Below, piece after piece: positions 1-9,543 of a stretch of 64,000 bases of DNA (within the stretch, counting starts at the first letter, position 1; every line of letters begins with the position of its first letter). A model generated the notes under the pieces. The model did no database searches. It worked only from the letters and a program-made list of their open reading frames with translations, and was not told the DNA's origin. The stretch comes from Myxococcota bacterium (GTDB lineage: Bacteria; Myxococcota_A; UBA796; SXON01): the NCBI GenBank assembly GCA_040386535.1, contig JAZKFH010000025.1, forward strand, positions 32,001 through 96,000, read 5' to 3'. Made by a program: the position numbers and the translations under genes.

Positions 1-1255
1 CGGCGCACTCGATGTGTTGGAGCGTGTAGCCCTCGTCGCACAAGGCCGGGATGGCGGCGCGCACCGGGGCCGCGGGCACGAGCGTGTCCGACTCGGCGGT
101 GATGATCAACACGGGCGCGTCGCCGGTGTAGGGCACGTTCGGGTTCGGCAGCGACGACTGCTCCAGGAAACAGGTCCACGGGTCGGCCCGCTCGCCGGCG
201 CGCACGGCGGCCAGGAACGCGGGATCGTAGATCGCGTCGACCGAGGTGGCCGATTCGACCGAGGGGAAGGACGTGCAGGAAGCGGCGGCCTCGCCGGGCA
301 ACGCGGCGGCCACGTCCGTCGCGAGCGCCTGGTCGAGCGCGTCGTAGCCGTACCACTCGGCGTGCAGGTAGAGGATGAGCGCGTCGGCGCGGGTGGCGGG
401 GCTCAACGTCTCCAGGCCGGCCTCGAGCTGCCCGAGGATGTCGACCGGCGGCACCGCCGCGATGACCCCGACCGGCGCGTACTCGGGCGCGTAGCTGGGG
501 GCGTAGCGATCGGACTGGAGCGCGGCGAAGCCGCCCTCGGACCAGCCCCAGTACACGATGCGCTCGGTGTCCACGCGCGCGTCCAGCGCCGAGAGCGGGA
601 GCCAGGCGTCGACCGCGCGCAACGCGTCGAGCGACGCGATGGCGGTGGGCTCGCCGACAATCCACGGATGCGGGTCCGGCGCGGGGTCCCCGCCGCCCAT
701 GAGGCCGAGGTAGTCGGGGGCCACGCTCACGTAGCCACGCGCCGCCGAGATGATCGCAGGCGCGAGCCCTTCGACCGCGCCGACCGAGGGCGCACACGCG
801 TCCTCGAAGCCGGCCGTGGGGTGGTGCCAGAGCACCGTGCCCACCTCCGCCTCGCCGCTGAGCACCGGGACCGACACGATCGCGGTCGCCTCGACGGGCA
901 CGCCCCGATCCTGCGTCGTGTAGCGGATCCGCCAGGTGCTCACCGAGTAGGCGGTCGGCGTGAGCCAGCCCAGGCCGTTGGTGAAGAGCCAGACGTCGAG
1001 CTGCCAGGCCTGGAACGACCAGTCCCCCACGTAGGTGGCCTCGATCACGCGCGGCGCGTCGGTCAGCCAGACGTGGTCGAGCTCGCAGGCCTCGTGCAGC
1101 GTCTCAGATGTATCAGATGTATCGGTGTCCGATGTATCGGTGTCCGATGTATCAGTGTCGGATGTATCGGTCACCGATGTATCGGTATCGGTGGCTTCCC
1201 CCGTGTCGACGTCCTTCGGGTCGGTGGGGACGCAGGCGAGCAGGTACAGCAGCAT
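1..1255 (-). CDS. Secretory lipase (LIP-family alpha/beta hydrolase) lipoprotein, 3' end outside window
   Basis: Manual translation (absent from ORF track): MLLYLLAC-VPTDPKDVDTGEATDTDTS..., HPTAG, APDYLG and GWSEGG nucleophile elbow; GGAG SD upstream. Confidence 0.85.
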   Translation of the reverse strand, partial: MLLYLLACVPTDPKDVDTGEATDTDTSVTDTSDTDTSDTDTSDTDTSDTSETLHEACELDHVWLTDAPRVIEATYVGDWSFQAWQLDVWLFTNGLGWLTPTAYSVSTWRIRYTTQDRGVPVEATAIVSVPVLSGEAEVGTVLWHHPTAGFEDACAPSVGAVEGLAPAIISAARGYVSVAPDYLGLMGGGDPAPDPHPWIVGEPTAIASLDALRAVDAWLPLSALDARVDTERIVYWGWSEGGFAALQSDRYAPSYAPEYAPVGVIAAVPPVDILGQLEAGLETLSPATRADALILYLHAEWYGYDALDQALATDVAAALPGEAAASCTSFPSVESATSVDAIYDPAFLAAVRAGERADPWTCFLEQSSLPNPNVPYTGDAPVLIITAESDTLVPAAPVRAAIPALCDEGYTLQHIECA

Positions 1256-1358
1256 CGGGGCTCCGGGCGATCGTGTGAACCGCGGGCGCGGGGGCGACGA
1301 AAGGATTTCCGTCGTAACGCCCTTCACGTGCCAGACGGGCCTCGTGTACAACGGCGGC

Positions 1359-2075
1359 ATGTCCGAGCTCTACACCTCCCGCGCCGCGCTCTACGACACG
1401 ATCTACGCCTGGAAGGACTACGCCGCCGAGGCGACGCAGCTGCACGGGGTGCTCCTCGCGGAGGGCATCGCGGACGGCGCCCGGATCGTCGAAGCGGCGT
1501 GCGGCACAGGCAAACATCTCGAGCAGCTCCGGCAGTGGTACGCGGTCGCGGGGACCGACGTGAGCGCGGACATGCTTGCGATCGCCGCCGAGCGGCTCCG
1601 CGACGTGCCGCTCACGGTGGCGGACATGCGCGAGCCGGCCCCCGGCGCGCCCGCCGACGCGCTGCTGTGCCTCTTCTCGTCGATCGGGTACCTGCTCGAC
1701 CGCGAGGCCCTCGACGCCGCGCTCCACGCCTTCGCCACGAGCCTGCGGCCCGGCGGGATCGTCGTCATCGAGCCCTGGCTCGCGCCCGAGGACTTCACGA
1801 CCGGCAAGGTCTTCATGCAACAGGCCGACACGCCGACCCTCAAGGTGTGTCGGATGAGCGTCACGAGCCGCGACGGGGACCTCTCCGCGATGGACTTCTC
1901 CTGGCTGGTGGGGCGCCCCGGCGTACCGGTCGAAAACTTCACCGAGCGCCACACCTTGTGGTTGTGCTCGCGCGCGACGTTCGCGGCCGCGCTGGACGCC
2001 GCCGGGTTCGACGCACGGTTCGAGCCCGACGGCCTCATGAAGCAGCGGGGGCTGTGGATCGGGCGCAAGCGGTAG
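1359..2075 (+). CDS. Class I SAM-dependent methyltransferase (TylM1/DesVI-like)
   Basis: YDTIY..KDY, EAACGTGKH motif I, CLFSSIGY, LRPGG.VVIEPW. Confidence 0.9.
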   Translation: MSELYTSRAALYDTIYAWKDYAAEATQLHGVLLAEGIADGARIVEAACGTGKHLEQLRQWYAVAGTDVSADMLAIAAERLRDVPLTVADMREPAPGAPADALLCLFSSIGYLLDREALDAALHAFATSLRPGGIVVIEPWLAPEDFTTGKVFMQQADTPTLKVCRMSVTSRDGDLSAMDFSWLVGRPGVPVENFTERHTLWLCSRATFAAALDAAGFDARFEPDGLMKQRGLWIGRKR

Positions 2076-2135
2076 GGCGCGCGCTCGTGCGGCTGAGGCC
2101 GGGCCAACTTTGCACGGCGCGGCTACAGTCGCCAG

Positions 2136-3644
2136 ATGCTCTTCCTCCTCCACGTCCTGGCCTGCGACCCCGGCAAGGTCACCGTCGGCGATCTCGACAC
2201 CGACCGCCCGGGGAAAGAAGACCCCGTCGTCGTCACGCCCACGCTCGTCATGGCCGGCCCGGCCGCCATCGATCCGCTGTACGGCCTGCCGGCCACCTTC
2301 GCGCTCGTCCAGACGCACGGGGACGTCGTCACGGTCGACGTGCGCGACGCATCGGGCGTCGTCGTCCGCACCCTCGCCGACGGCGCGTCCTGGGCGGACA
2401 CCGTGGTGTGGGACGGGCGCGACGACACGGGCGTGGTGCTCACCCCCGGCCGCTACACCGTGCACGCCGACCTCGCGGCGGACGGCACGTCGGTCGCCAT
2501 GGTCGAGGCCCCCATCGACGTCGTGCGCGTAGGCGTCGCGTCGGGCACGCTCGGCGGGGAGGACCGCATCCTGTTGATGTGGCACGCCGCGGGCGGCCTC
2601 GGGATGTATTGGGACGACGCCGGAGACGGCGGCACGTTCGCGGTCGCCGCGATCGACGTCGACGGCGCCGTGACCCCCATCCCCGCGCCCTGGGAGGACC
2701 TGTACGCGCCCCCCGAGGACCCCATGGGCCAGAACCTCCCCGCCGCCTACACGTGGGACGCGCGGCCCACCCTCTCGCTCGTGGTCGCGGGGGATGTCGG
2801 CGGGGCCGCCCTCACCCCGGTGATCGACGGCTGGACCCTCTCCACGGGCATCGTCGCGCCGGGCGAGACCGTCGTGTTCACCGCCGACGCGCCGCTGCTG
2901 ACGGGGCCCGGCGTGTACGAGGCGTCGCTCGCCCTGCGCTGGATGGCCGGGGCGGACGTGGTCGGCACCCAGGACATTCCCCTGCGCATCTATGGGTTGT
3001 TCGGGCCGCCCGCCTTCGAGGAGAGCGTGACGCCCTACGCGCCGTGGGTGGCCGTCATCGATCCGGCCCTCCGCGCGATCGCGGGCTCGTTCGAGGCCGG
3101 CGTGCCGCCCACCGAGGCCGCGGTCATCTCCGCCCTCGTCGAGCACATCTACTACGACCTCGGCCTGTCCTACGACACGCGCTGGGGGGCCAGCGCCTAC
3201 ACCCAGTACGAGGGCGGCTCGTTCGACGACGCACACATCGACCTGTCGGGTTTTCTCGACCGCCGCCGCGGCTCGATCGTCAATTGCACCGACTGCGCCG
3301 CGATCCTGGAGGCCTTCGCCAACATGATCGGCGCCACGCTGTCGTACACGATCATCACGCCCAGCTTCAACCTGAATTACATCAAGGCCATCGGCGGCGA
3401 CAGCTTCGACCACTGCCCGTTCGACAACGGCGGCTGCGGGTTCAGCTACCACGCGGTCACGACGCCAGACGACGGTGGCATCATCTACGACGCCACGCTC
3501 GCGCTCGACGGGGACGAGGATCCGGGGAGCTACCCCGGCGAGGAATTGCTCGTGCAGGCCATCACCGGCGAGGAGTACCTCGACCGGCTCGTCATGAGCG
3601 GCCGGACCAACTACCGCTACACGCAGAAGGAGACCCTCCAATGA
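2136..3644 (+). CDS. Lipoprotein with FlgD-like Ig domain and C-terminal transglutaminase-like domain
   Basis: MLFLLHVLAC; VRDASG.VVRTL...WDGRDD.G....G.Y (FlgD Ig); NCTDCA...YHAV...YDAT putative Cys-His-Asp triad. Confidence 0.7.
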   Translation: MLFLLHVLACDPGKVTVGDLDTDRPGKEDPVVVTPTLVMAGPAAIDPLYGLPATFALVQTHGDVVTVDVRDASGVVVRTLADGASWADTVVWDGRDDTGVVLTPGRYTVHADLAADGTSVAMVEAPIDVVRVGVASGTLGGEDRILLMWHAAGGLGMYWDDAGDGGTFAVAAIDVDGAVTPIPAPWEDLYAPPEDPMGQNLPAAYTWDARPTLSLVVAGDVGGAALTPVIDGWTLSTGIVAPGETVVFTADAPLLTGPGVYEASLALRWMAGADVVGTQDIPLRIYGLFGPPAFEESVTPYAPWVAVIDPALRAIAGSFEAGVPPTEAAVISALVEHIYYDLGLSYDTRWGASAYTQYEGGSFDDAHIDLSGFLDRRRGSIVNCTDCAAILEAFANMIGATLSYTIITPSFNLNYIKAIGGDSFDHCPFDNGGCGFSYHAVTTPDDGGIIYDATLALDGDEDPGSYPGEELLVQAITGEEYLDRLVMSGRTNYRYTQKETLQ

Positions 3645-4204
3645 TCGCGCTCCTCTTCGGCGCCGCCTTCGCCGCCGGAATGCACGGCGGCATTCCCGTG
3701 CACGGCGTGCCCGGCCTCGGCGAGCCCTCCTTCCTCACGCCCGCCACCGGGTGGACCGCCGCGGTCGATGGGGGCTGGGTGCGCGTGTTCGTGGGCCCCA
3801 CCGAGGCCGCGGGCGTGGAGTGGTACGACCGGATGCTCGAGTCAATCGGCCTCCCGCCGCCCGTCCTGGCCGACCTCGCCGCATTGACGGACGCCGCCCA
3901 CGGTGACAACGCCACGCTGGTCTCCTTCCGGGACGGCAACGTGGCGGTGCTCGTGCGCGCGCAAGCCGGCGCCCGCGCCATCGCCGACACCCTGCGCGCC
4001 GCGATCGTCGACAACGCCCCCGCCGTCACGACGCCCACCCTCTCGACCGCCGGCGGCCAGTGGAAGGTGGACGCGCCGGGCGCCGTGCACCTGGGCGTGA
4101 CAGGGGGGCGCGGGGTGCCCTTCCAACGCGGCGTGTTCACCGAGCCGCCGCGCGAGGTGGTGGCGTGGGATGCGTTGGGACGCGCGACGATCCTCGAGCG
4201 ATGA
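3641..4204 (+). CDS. Hypothetical secreted protein
   Basis: ATGA overlaps with both neighbours; MIALLFGAAFA signal-like start; GC3-biased frame. Confidence 0.7.
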   Translation: MIALLFGAAFAAGMHGGIPVHGVPGLGEPSFLTPATGWTAAVDGGWVRVFVGPTEAAGVEWYDRMLESIGLPPPVLADLAALTDAAHGDNATLVSFRDGNVAVLVRAQAGARAIADTLRAAIVDNAPAVTTPTLSTAGGQWKVDAPGAVHLGVTGGRGVPFQRGVFTEPPREVVAWDALGRATILER

Positions 4205-5247
4205 TCCTCCTCCTGCCCCTGGCCTGTGCGGGCCCCACCCCCGACGACACCGCCCCTCCTGCCGTCGATCTGGTCGACGAGCTGACCGCCGCCGGCCCCT
4301 GGTCGGTGGGCCATCAGGACGCGTACGTCGTGTACGCCGACGCCATCGGAGGCGGCCAGCGCACGCTCCACGTCTCGATCTGGTACCCCACCACCGCCAC
4401 GGACGGCGACGACGCCACGTACTTCGGCGGCGCCCTGACCGCCGAGGGTGTGTGGCAGGACGCGCCGGTGGCGGACGGCGCGTTCCCGCTCGTCGTCTAC
4501 TCCCACGGGCACCAGGCGTACGCCGAAGCGTCGGGGTTCCTGATGGAGCACCTCGCCTCGCACGGGTGGATCGTGGCGGCACCCGATCATACCGGCAACA
4601 CGACGTTCGACGGGTCGGACCGCGCCACCGAGATCTACGCGCAGCGGCCCCGCGATCTGTCCGCGGTGCTCGACTCGCTCGAGACCAGCGGGCTCCCCGT
4701 GACCGACACCCGCGTCGCGATGGGGCACTCGTTCGGCGGCTACACCGTGCTCGCGTCCATGGGCGCGACCTACGCCGCGGGCGCGCTCGACTGCCCCGAT
4801 TCCACGACCGGGTTCTGCTCCACGATGACCCCCGCGCTCCGCACGGTCTTCGAAGGCGGGTTCGCGGACGATCGCTTCGACGCCGCGCTGATCATGGCCC
4901 CCGGCGACTACGGCCTCTTCCAGGCCGCCGGCATCGGCGCCGTCACCCGCCCGACGATGCTGATGACCGGCACCGAGGACCAGCCGCCCGGCTCCGAGGT
5001 CGACCAGCTCTGGGCCGCGCTCCAGGGGGACGGCGCGCGCCGCGTCACGCTCGACGGCGCCGGCCACCAGTCGTTCACCGATTTCGCCGACACGCTCGAG
5101 GACGTGACGATGTCCGCGGAGGCCAGCACCCGCCTCGTCGACGTGTACGGCCTCGCGTGGGCCCGCCGCGCCGACGGGGACACCAGCGTGGCGCCCGTGC
5201 TCGACGGGGAGCGCGAGATCGCGCGGGAGGCCGTGCTCGCCCAGTGA
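4201..5247 (+). CDS. Alpha/beta hydrolase lipoprotein (dienelactone hydrolase/PAF-AH-like)
   Basis: MILLLPLAC; FPLVVYSHG, HLASHG, GHSFGG, GTED, GHQSF. Confidence 0.85.
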   Translation: MILLLPLACAGPTPDDTAPPAVDLVDELTAAGPWSVGHQDAYVVYADAIGGGQRTLHVSIWYPTTATDGDDATYFGGALTAEGVWQDAPVADGAFPLVVYSHGHQAYAEASGFLMEHLASHGWIVAAPDHTGNTTFDGSDRATEIYAQRPRDLSAVLDSLETSGLPVTDTRVAMGHSFGGYTVLASMGATYAAGALDCPDSTTGFCSTMTPALRTVFEGGFADDRFDAALIMAPGDYGLFQAAGIGAVTRPTMLMTGTEDQPPGSEVDQLWAALQGDGARRVTLDGAGHQSFTDFADTLEDVTMSAEASTRLVDVYGLAWARRADGDTSVAPVLDGEREIAREAVLAQ

Positions 5248-5260
5248 CCCCCCCCGTGGC

Positions 5261-6049
5261 TCACTTGGGCGGTGGGCCTTCCAACTCCAGGTCCTGGAGG
5301 CGCGACCGGACCGCCGCCATGAAGTCGGCGCCGGGGTCGGGCTTGGTCGTGCGGTAGTTCGGGTCGCGCTCCTCGAAGTACGGCGTGCCCTCCAGGCCCC
5401 GGTACTCGAGGTGGCCGATCAGGTGGGTGATGGGCTGGCGCGACACGATCCAGCGCACGAGCGCCACGTTCGCCGCCGCCTGCGCCTCGGTCAGCGGCCA
5501 CTCCTCGCCGCCGCCCACGTTCTCGATGCCGATGGCGACGTGGTTCAGGCCGATGGTGTGGCGGAGGATGCGGTCCTCCTGCGCGAGCCGCTCGATCGTG
5601 CCGTCGCGATCGACGAGGTAGTGGGCCCCGACGTTCAGGGCGCCCGCACCCGCCAGCTCCGTGCGGCCGGAGAGCGTGGCGGGGCCGAAGGTGCTCCACG
5701 CGCTCATCGCGGTGGGCCCGGCCGTCCAGTGCAGCACGATCACGCGCGGCACCATGCGGGTATCCTTGGCGGTGTCGCCCGTGAGGGCGGTGGTGCGGTG
5801 CGCGCGCAGGTACTCGACGGTGAGGCGTTCGCGCTCGGCGTTGTAGGGGAGGAGGTGGTCGACGATGACGGGAGCGACGACGGGAGCGACGACAGGGGCG
5901 GCCACCGCCTTGGAAGCAGCGGGGGCAGCCAGCACGGTGGGGGCGTCGAGGGCGCTCGATCGGGGGGCAGGGGAGCTGGGCGCCGCCCGGGGTTCGGGCG
6001 TGGTGGTGGGCGCTCCGTCGGCGGCGCGACAGGCCTGGAGGAGCAGCAT
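5261..6049 (-). CDS. N-acetylmuramoyl-L-alanine amidase (Amidase_2) lipoprotein
   Basis: IVLHWT, AHYLVDRDG, HTIGLN, IGIEN, GHLE, KPDPG; Pro/Ala linker after MLLLQAC. Confidence 0.85.
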   Translation of the reverse strand: MLLLQACRAADGAPTTTPEPRAAPSSPAPRSSALDAPTVLAAPAASKAVAAPVVAPVVAPVIVDHLLPYNAERERLTVEYLRAHRTTALTGDTAKDTRMVPRVIVLHWTAGPTAMSAWSTFGPATLSGRTELAGAGALNVGAHYLVDRDGTIERLAQEDRILRHTIGLNHVAIGIENVGGGEEWPLTEAQAAANVALVRWIVSRQPITHLIGHLEYRGLEGTPYFEERDPNYRTTKPDPGADFMAAVRSRLQDLELEGPPPK

Positions 6050-6053
6050 CGTC

Positions 6054-7004
6054 GTGACCGCCCTTGCGATCGCCGGGTGTCGCGGTGAGGCCCCGGCGGT
6101 CGAGACCGTGCGCCGGGTGAGCACTGGCGAGGTCGTGAGGCCCGGCGGCGCCGCGCTCTGGTTCGGCGGAGACGTACACCTGGGCGAGTCGGCGCGGGGC
6201 GGGTTGGAGGGCATCACGGCCATCCTGGGCGGGGCGGCCGGGATCGTCAACCTCGAAGGGCCGGTCGGCGACGGTGCTGGCGGGGCGCGGATCGACGGCG
6301 ACGGGGCCCGGGTGTGGCTCGCCAACCCGTCCACCGCGCCGGCGTGGCTCCGCGCACACGGGGTCGTCGCCGCCTCCATCACCAACAACCACGCCGGTGA
6401 CCTGGGGCCCGCGGGGCCGGCTCGCACGGCCGCGCGCCTGCGGGACGGGGGCTTGGTCCCCGCGGGGGCTCCAACGGGGCCGGCGCGCTTCAGCGTGGGG
6501 GGCACCGTCGTGAGCTTTCTCGCGCACGAGCTGGAGGAGCCCGGGCTCGCGGAGGCGCTCGCCGCCGAGCTCCACGCCGCCGAGCTGCACGGGGGGGAGA
6601 GGACCCTTCGTGCAGTGGCGCTGCACGTCACCGGCGGGCGCTCCTACCTGCCGTCCCCCGCGCTACGCCGCGCGGTCGACGGCGCGCTGGCCGGCGGCGC
6701 GGACATCGTGGTCGTCCACGGGACGCACGTGCTCGGCCCCGTGGAGCGCCGCGGCGGCGCGGTCGTCGCGTGGGGGCTCGGCAACCTGCTGTTCGACTGT
6801 GTCTGCACGGGAGACACGGAGGCGCTGGTGTTGCGCGTCGCGATCGGTCCCGAGGGGCCGGGCGTCGCCGAGGTGATCCCCGTGACCGCGGGGCTCGGGG
6901 GGGCCGGTGTGACGCCCGCCGCCGACGCGGAGGGCGTGTTCGACCTGCTCGACGCGCTGGAGAGCAGCCCGCTCACACGGCTCGGCGATCGGGCGTGGTT
7001 CTAG
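6054..7004 (+). CDS. CapA/PGA_cap family metallophosphoesterase-like lipoprotein
   Basis: GGDV, NLEGP, NNHAGD, HGTHV, WGLGN; GTG start MTALAIAGC with GGAGGAG upstream. Confidence 0.8.
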   Translation: MTALAIAGCRGEAPAVETVRRVSTGEVVRPGGAALWFGGDVHLGESARGGLEGITAILGGAAGIVNLEGPVGDGAGGARIDGDGARVWLANPSTAPAWLRAHGVVAASITNNHAGDLGPAGPARTAARLRDGGLVPAGAPTGPARFSVGGTVVSFLAHELEEPGLAEALAAELHAAELHGGERTLRAVALHVTGGRSYLPSPALRRAVDGALAGGADIVVVHGTHVLGPVERRGGAVVAWGLGNLLFDCVCTGDTEALVLRVAIGPEGPGVAEVIPVTAGLGGAGVTPAADAEGVFDLLDALESSPLTRLGDRAWF

Positions 7005-7065
7005 CCCGGGACCTGTGTTCGTTCGGAATTTGGGTGCACCCCGCCGGGGCGCGGACGGTGCCTTA

Positions 7066-7959
7066 TCAGGCACCGGCAAACCAACCCTCCTCCTTCTGGT
7101 GCTCCCACTCCTTCATCGGCCCCCCCAGGCGGTCCTCCATGCTCTGCACGAGCTGGACGTTGCGCTTGTCCACCTCGGTGAGCACCCCGTCGTCATAGGA
7201 CTCGAGCGGCTCGTACCAGGCCTTGTTGAAGAAGTAGGCCTGCAGGACTTCGGACTTGAACGGGCGGCCGTGGCGTGCGTACACCGTGTTGCGCAACAGG
7301 CGCAGGTCCCGACGTGACAGGCCGTCGAGCTGGCCGACCGTCAGTTGGTTCGCGAGCACCGTGGGGTCTTCGAGGGGGTTGCGATCGGCCACCGGCACGT
7401 CGGCACCGCCCGACCACTCGCCGAGCGCCGCGCTGATGAGCGAGAGCTCGACGGTGTCCTCGGCGGACACGGCGCTTCGGCCCTGGATCGCGGCGCGCCG
7501 CGCCACCAGCTCGTCCCGTGGCACGCGGGCCTCGGCGTCTGTCAGGAAGGCCACGTTGGCGCGATCGGCGTCCGAGAGCTTCGTCAGGTCGGCCTTGGCT
7601 CGGGGCTGGTACCAGGGCTGCGCCCGGAAGTAGCTGTCGAGCCAGGGTTTGACGAAGGGGTGCCCGGCGCGCGCGAAGATCGTGTTCCGCAAGAGCGCGA
7701 AGTCGCGGAGCGAGCGCCCCTGCACGTCGGCCTCGGTCAGCGCGCGGTCGTAGTAGAGCGGGCGGCCGTCGGCGCCGAGGGCGGCACTGGCGGGCGCGGC
7801 CTGCGCGGGGGCGGGCGTCGGGGCGGCCGGGGCCGTGGACACGGGGGCGGCCGGCGTCGGTGCGGTGGCCTCGCCACCCGCGCAACCGAGCGCCAGCACG
7901 AAGAGCAGGCTCGACGCCAACAGGAGGCGGAGAGGGGGAGGGGCGGCGCGGTTCGGCAT
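7066..7959 (-). CDS. Tandem YARHG-domain lipoprotein
   Basis: LLRNTIFARAG.PF...YF..QPWY and LLRNTVYARHG.PF...YF..K.WY; lipobox LGC. Confidence 0.85.
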   Translation of the reverse strand: MPNRAAPPPLRLLLASSLLFVLALGCAGGEATAPTPAAPVSTAPAAPTPAPAQAAPASAALGADGRPLYYDRALTEADVQGRSLRDFALLRNTIFARAGHPFVKPWLDSYFRAQPWYQPRAKADLTKLSDADRANVAFLTDAEARVPRDELVARRAAIQGRSAVSAEDTVELSLISAALGEWSGGADVPVADRNPLEDPTVLANQLTVGQLDGLSRRDLRLLRNTVYARHGRPFKSEVLQAYFFNKAWYEPLESYDDGVLTEVDKRNVQLVQSMEDRLGGPMKEWEHQKEEGWFAGA

Positions 7960-8121
7960 GGGCCGCACCTTACGGATCGGGCGCGTCGGGGTCAAGGGGC
8001 AGAGCCGCGGGCGCGTGCACTGTTCACGCCGCGTTCATCGGTGTTCGTCGGAGCGGCCCGTCCCGCGGGCGATCCAGGGCTGGGAGCAACGGATGAACGC
8101 CCGGTTTCCGCGTGGCACGTC

Positions 8122-8137
8122 TGGATCGTCGCTTGCT
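8122..8137 (+). promoter_or_regulatory. Putative sigma54 -24/-12 promoter
   Basis: TGGATCGTCGCTTGCT, GG-N10-GC spacing, 2 mismatches to TGGCACGNNNNTTGCW, 50 bp upstream of 8188 ATG. Confidence 0.5.
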
Positions 8138-8187
8138 TTGGAGGAGTGCGCCTCCAACCCCGGGGGCACTCACCACCGGACGACCCA

Positions 8188-8637
8188 ATGCTCACCCTCA
8201 CCCTGCTCGCCTCCCACCTCCTCGTCGCCGACGCCCACGCCTCGGTGTACATCGGCAACCCCGCGCTCTGGGTGCACGTCGACCGCCCGGCGCACGACTT
8301 CACCGCCGCCGACGTGCTGCTCGAGGGTATCGAGGTGCACTACTGTGGCGGGGGATCCACGGAGTACCCGGTGGACGAGATCATCGATCCCGTCGCGGGG
8401 TGGGGGATGGAGATCGGCGGCGGCAACCTGTGTGGCGTGACGTTCCACTGGGACAGCGTCCTCGTCATCGACGGCACCCGCAACGGCACGTCGTTCTCCG
8501 TCGGGTTCGGCAACGCCTCCGCCAACACGTACGTGCCCATCGGCAGCACCATCTGGCCGGTGGCGCTCACCCCTGTTCAGGTGCTCGCCGGCACGTTCCC
8601 GGCCGGAAGCCCGCTGCTGCTGATGACGCTGGACTGA
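8188..8637 (+). CDS. Small secreted beta-rich hypothetical protein
   Basis: MLTLTLLASHLLVADAHA signal (AHA cleavage), two Cys, GC3 bias. Confidence 0.75.
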   Translation: MLTLTLLASHLLVADAHASVYIGNPALWVHVDRPAHDFTAADVLLEGIEVHYCGGGSTEYPVDEIIDPVAGWGMEIGGGNLCGVTFHWDSVLVIDGTRNGTSFSVGFGNASANTYVPIGSTIWPVALTPVQVLAGTFPAGSPLLLMTLD

Positions 8638-9479
8638 TCCTCGTTCGGGCTCGGCATCCGGTCGGACATCGGGATCAGCTGCACGCTCAGTTGGAGCACC
8701 TGCTCGCCGCGAGCGATGTCGTCGGCGTAGCGCCCCGCCACGCCCTCGATGAAGCGACCGATCGAGGCCTTGATCTCGGCGATATCCGCCGTGGGGACCG
8801 CGATGCACACGGTCGAGAAGTGACGCTCTTCCTTGGTGGCAGAGTCGAGCGCCTCACTTGCTCGTGCCAGGATGTCACGGTGGAACGTGGCGACCCCCAC
8901 GCCCGCGATACGGTCGACCTCGCGGTCGGTGGCCCAGACCATGGCCGCGGGCCGGAGCACGCCGGCCTCGTCCCGTCGCAGCGCCCGCTGCGCGATCAGC
9001 GCCTCCACCGCCTCGGCCGCCTCGGCCGGCGTGATGGGCGGACGGATGGTGGCCGCGATCCAAGCCGGATCCTCGCGGAAGCCGACGCACCGGGAGAGCT
9101 CGAGGATCGCCGGTACGTACCAACGTGAACACAAGAGGAACGCCGCGTCGATGTCCCGTTGGGCGCCCTGAAACCGGCGGACGGCCATGATGCGATCCAA
9201 GGCGGCGCGCCGGCGCGGCCGCGTGGGCGCCTGCTCGAACTCCACCAGCTCGAGGAAGTAGGCCTGCTGCTCGTGGTCGAGCTGGGCCACGGTACAGAAG
9301 TGCTCGACGAGGGCCGGCGGCAGGTCGCGGGTGCCTCCGAGCACGCTCGAGATGGCCGCGGGGGAGCACGCCGCGCGCTTGGCGAAGCCGCGGATGCTCG
9401 GCCGGCCGTTCCTGGACTCGAACCAGGCGCGCATGTAGGCCCGAAAATCGGTGTAGTCGAAGAGGTTGACGGGGTCCAC
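8577..9479 (-). CDS. TIGR02147/DUF4423-like HTH protein
   Basis: NLFDYTDFRAYM..WF, S.RGFAKRA (XRE-like HTH), YFLELV, WY.PAILEL, FREDPAWIA, ER.FS, V.QL.VQL.P; GGAGGAG SD before GTG. Confidence 0.85.
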   Translation of the reverse strand: MDPVNLFDYTDFRAYMRAWFESRNGRPSIRGFAKRAACSPAAISSVLGGTRDLPPALVEHFCTVAQLDHEQQAYFLELVEFEQAPTRPRRRAALDRIMAVRRFQGAQRDIDAAFLLCSRWYVPAILELSRCVGFREDPAWIAATIRPPITPAEAAEAVEALIAQRALRRDEAGVLRPAAMVWATDREVDRIAGVGVATFHRDILARASEALDSATKEERHFSTVCIAVPTADIAEIKASIGRFIEGVAGRYADDIARGEQVLQLSVQLIPMSDRMPSPNEDQSSVISSSGLPAGNVPAST

Positions 9480-9543
9480 GGGCGCAGTCTCCTCCAAGTG
9501 TACCGGGCGTGCAAGCGACGGTGCGCCTGCTACCATCCGCGCC

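Noticed and set aside
1105..1190. GATGTATC tandem repeats, and GACACG/GACACC repeats at 39996-40040
   Set aside because: They encode Asp-Thr-Ser linkers of lipoproteins; similarity to the 26.3-kb GATACA motif is probably coincidental
14..3640. 1396-aa ORF 14..4204 and similar giant ORFs (18726..22661, 42615..45821, 57665..61015, 8875..11907)
   Set aside because: Arg/Gly/Pro-rich shadow frames of real genes in high-GC DNA; only 3641-4204 of the first is credible
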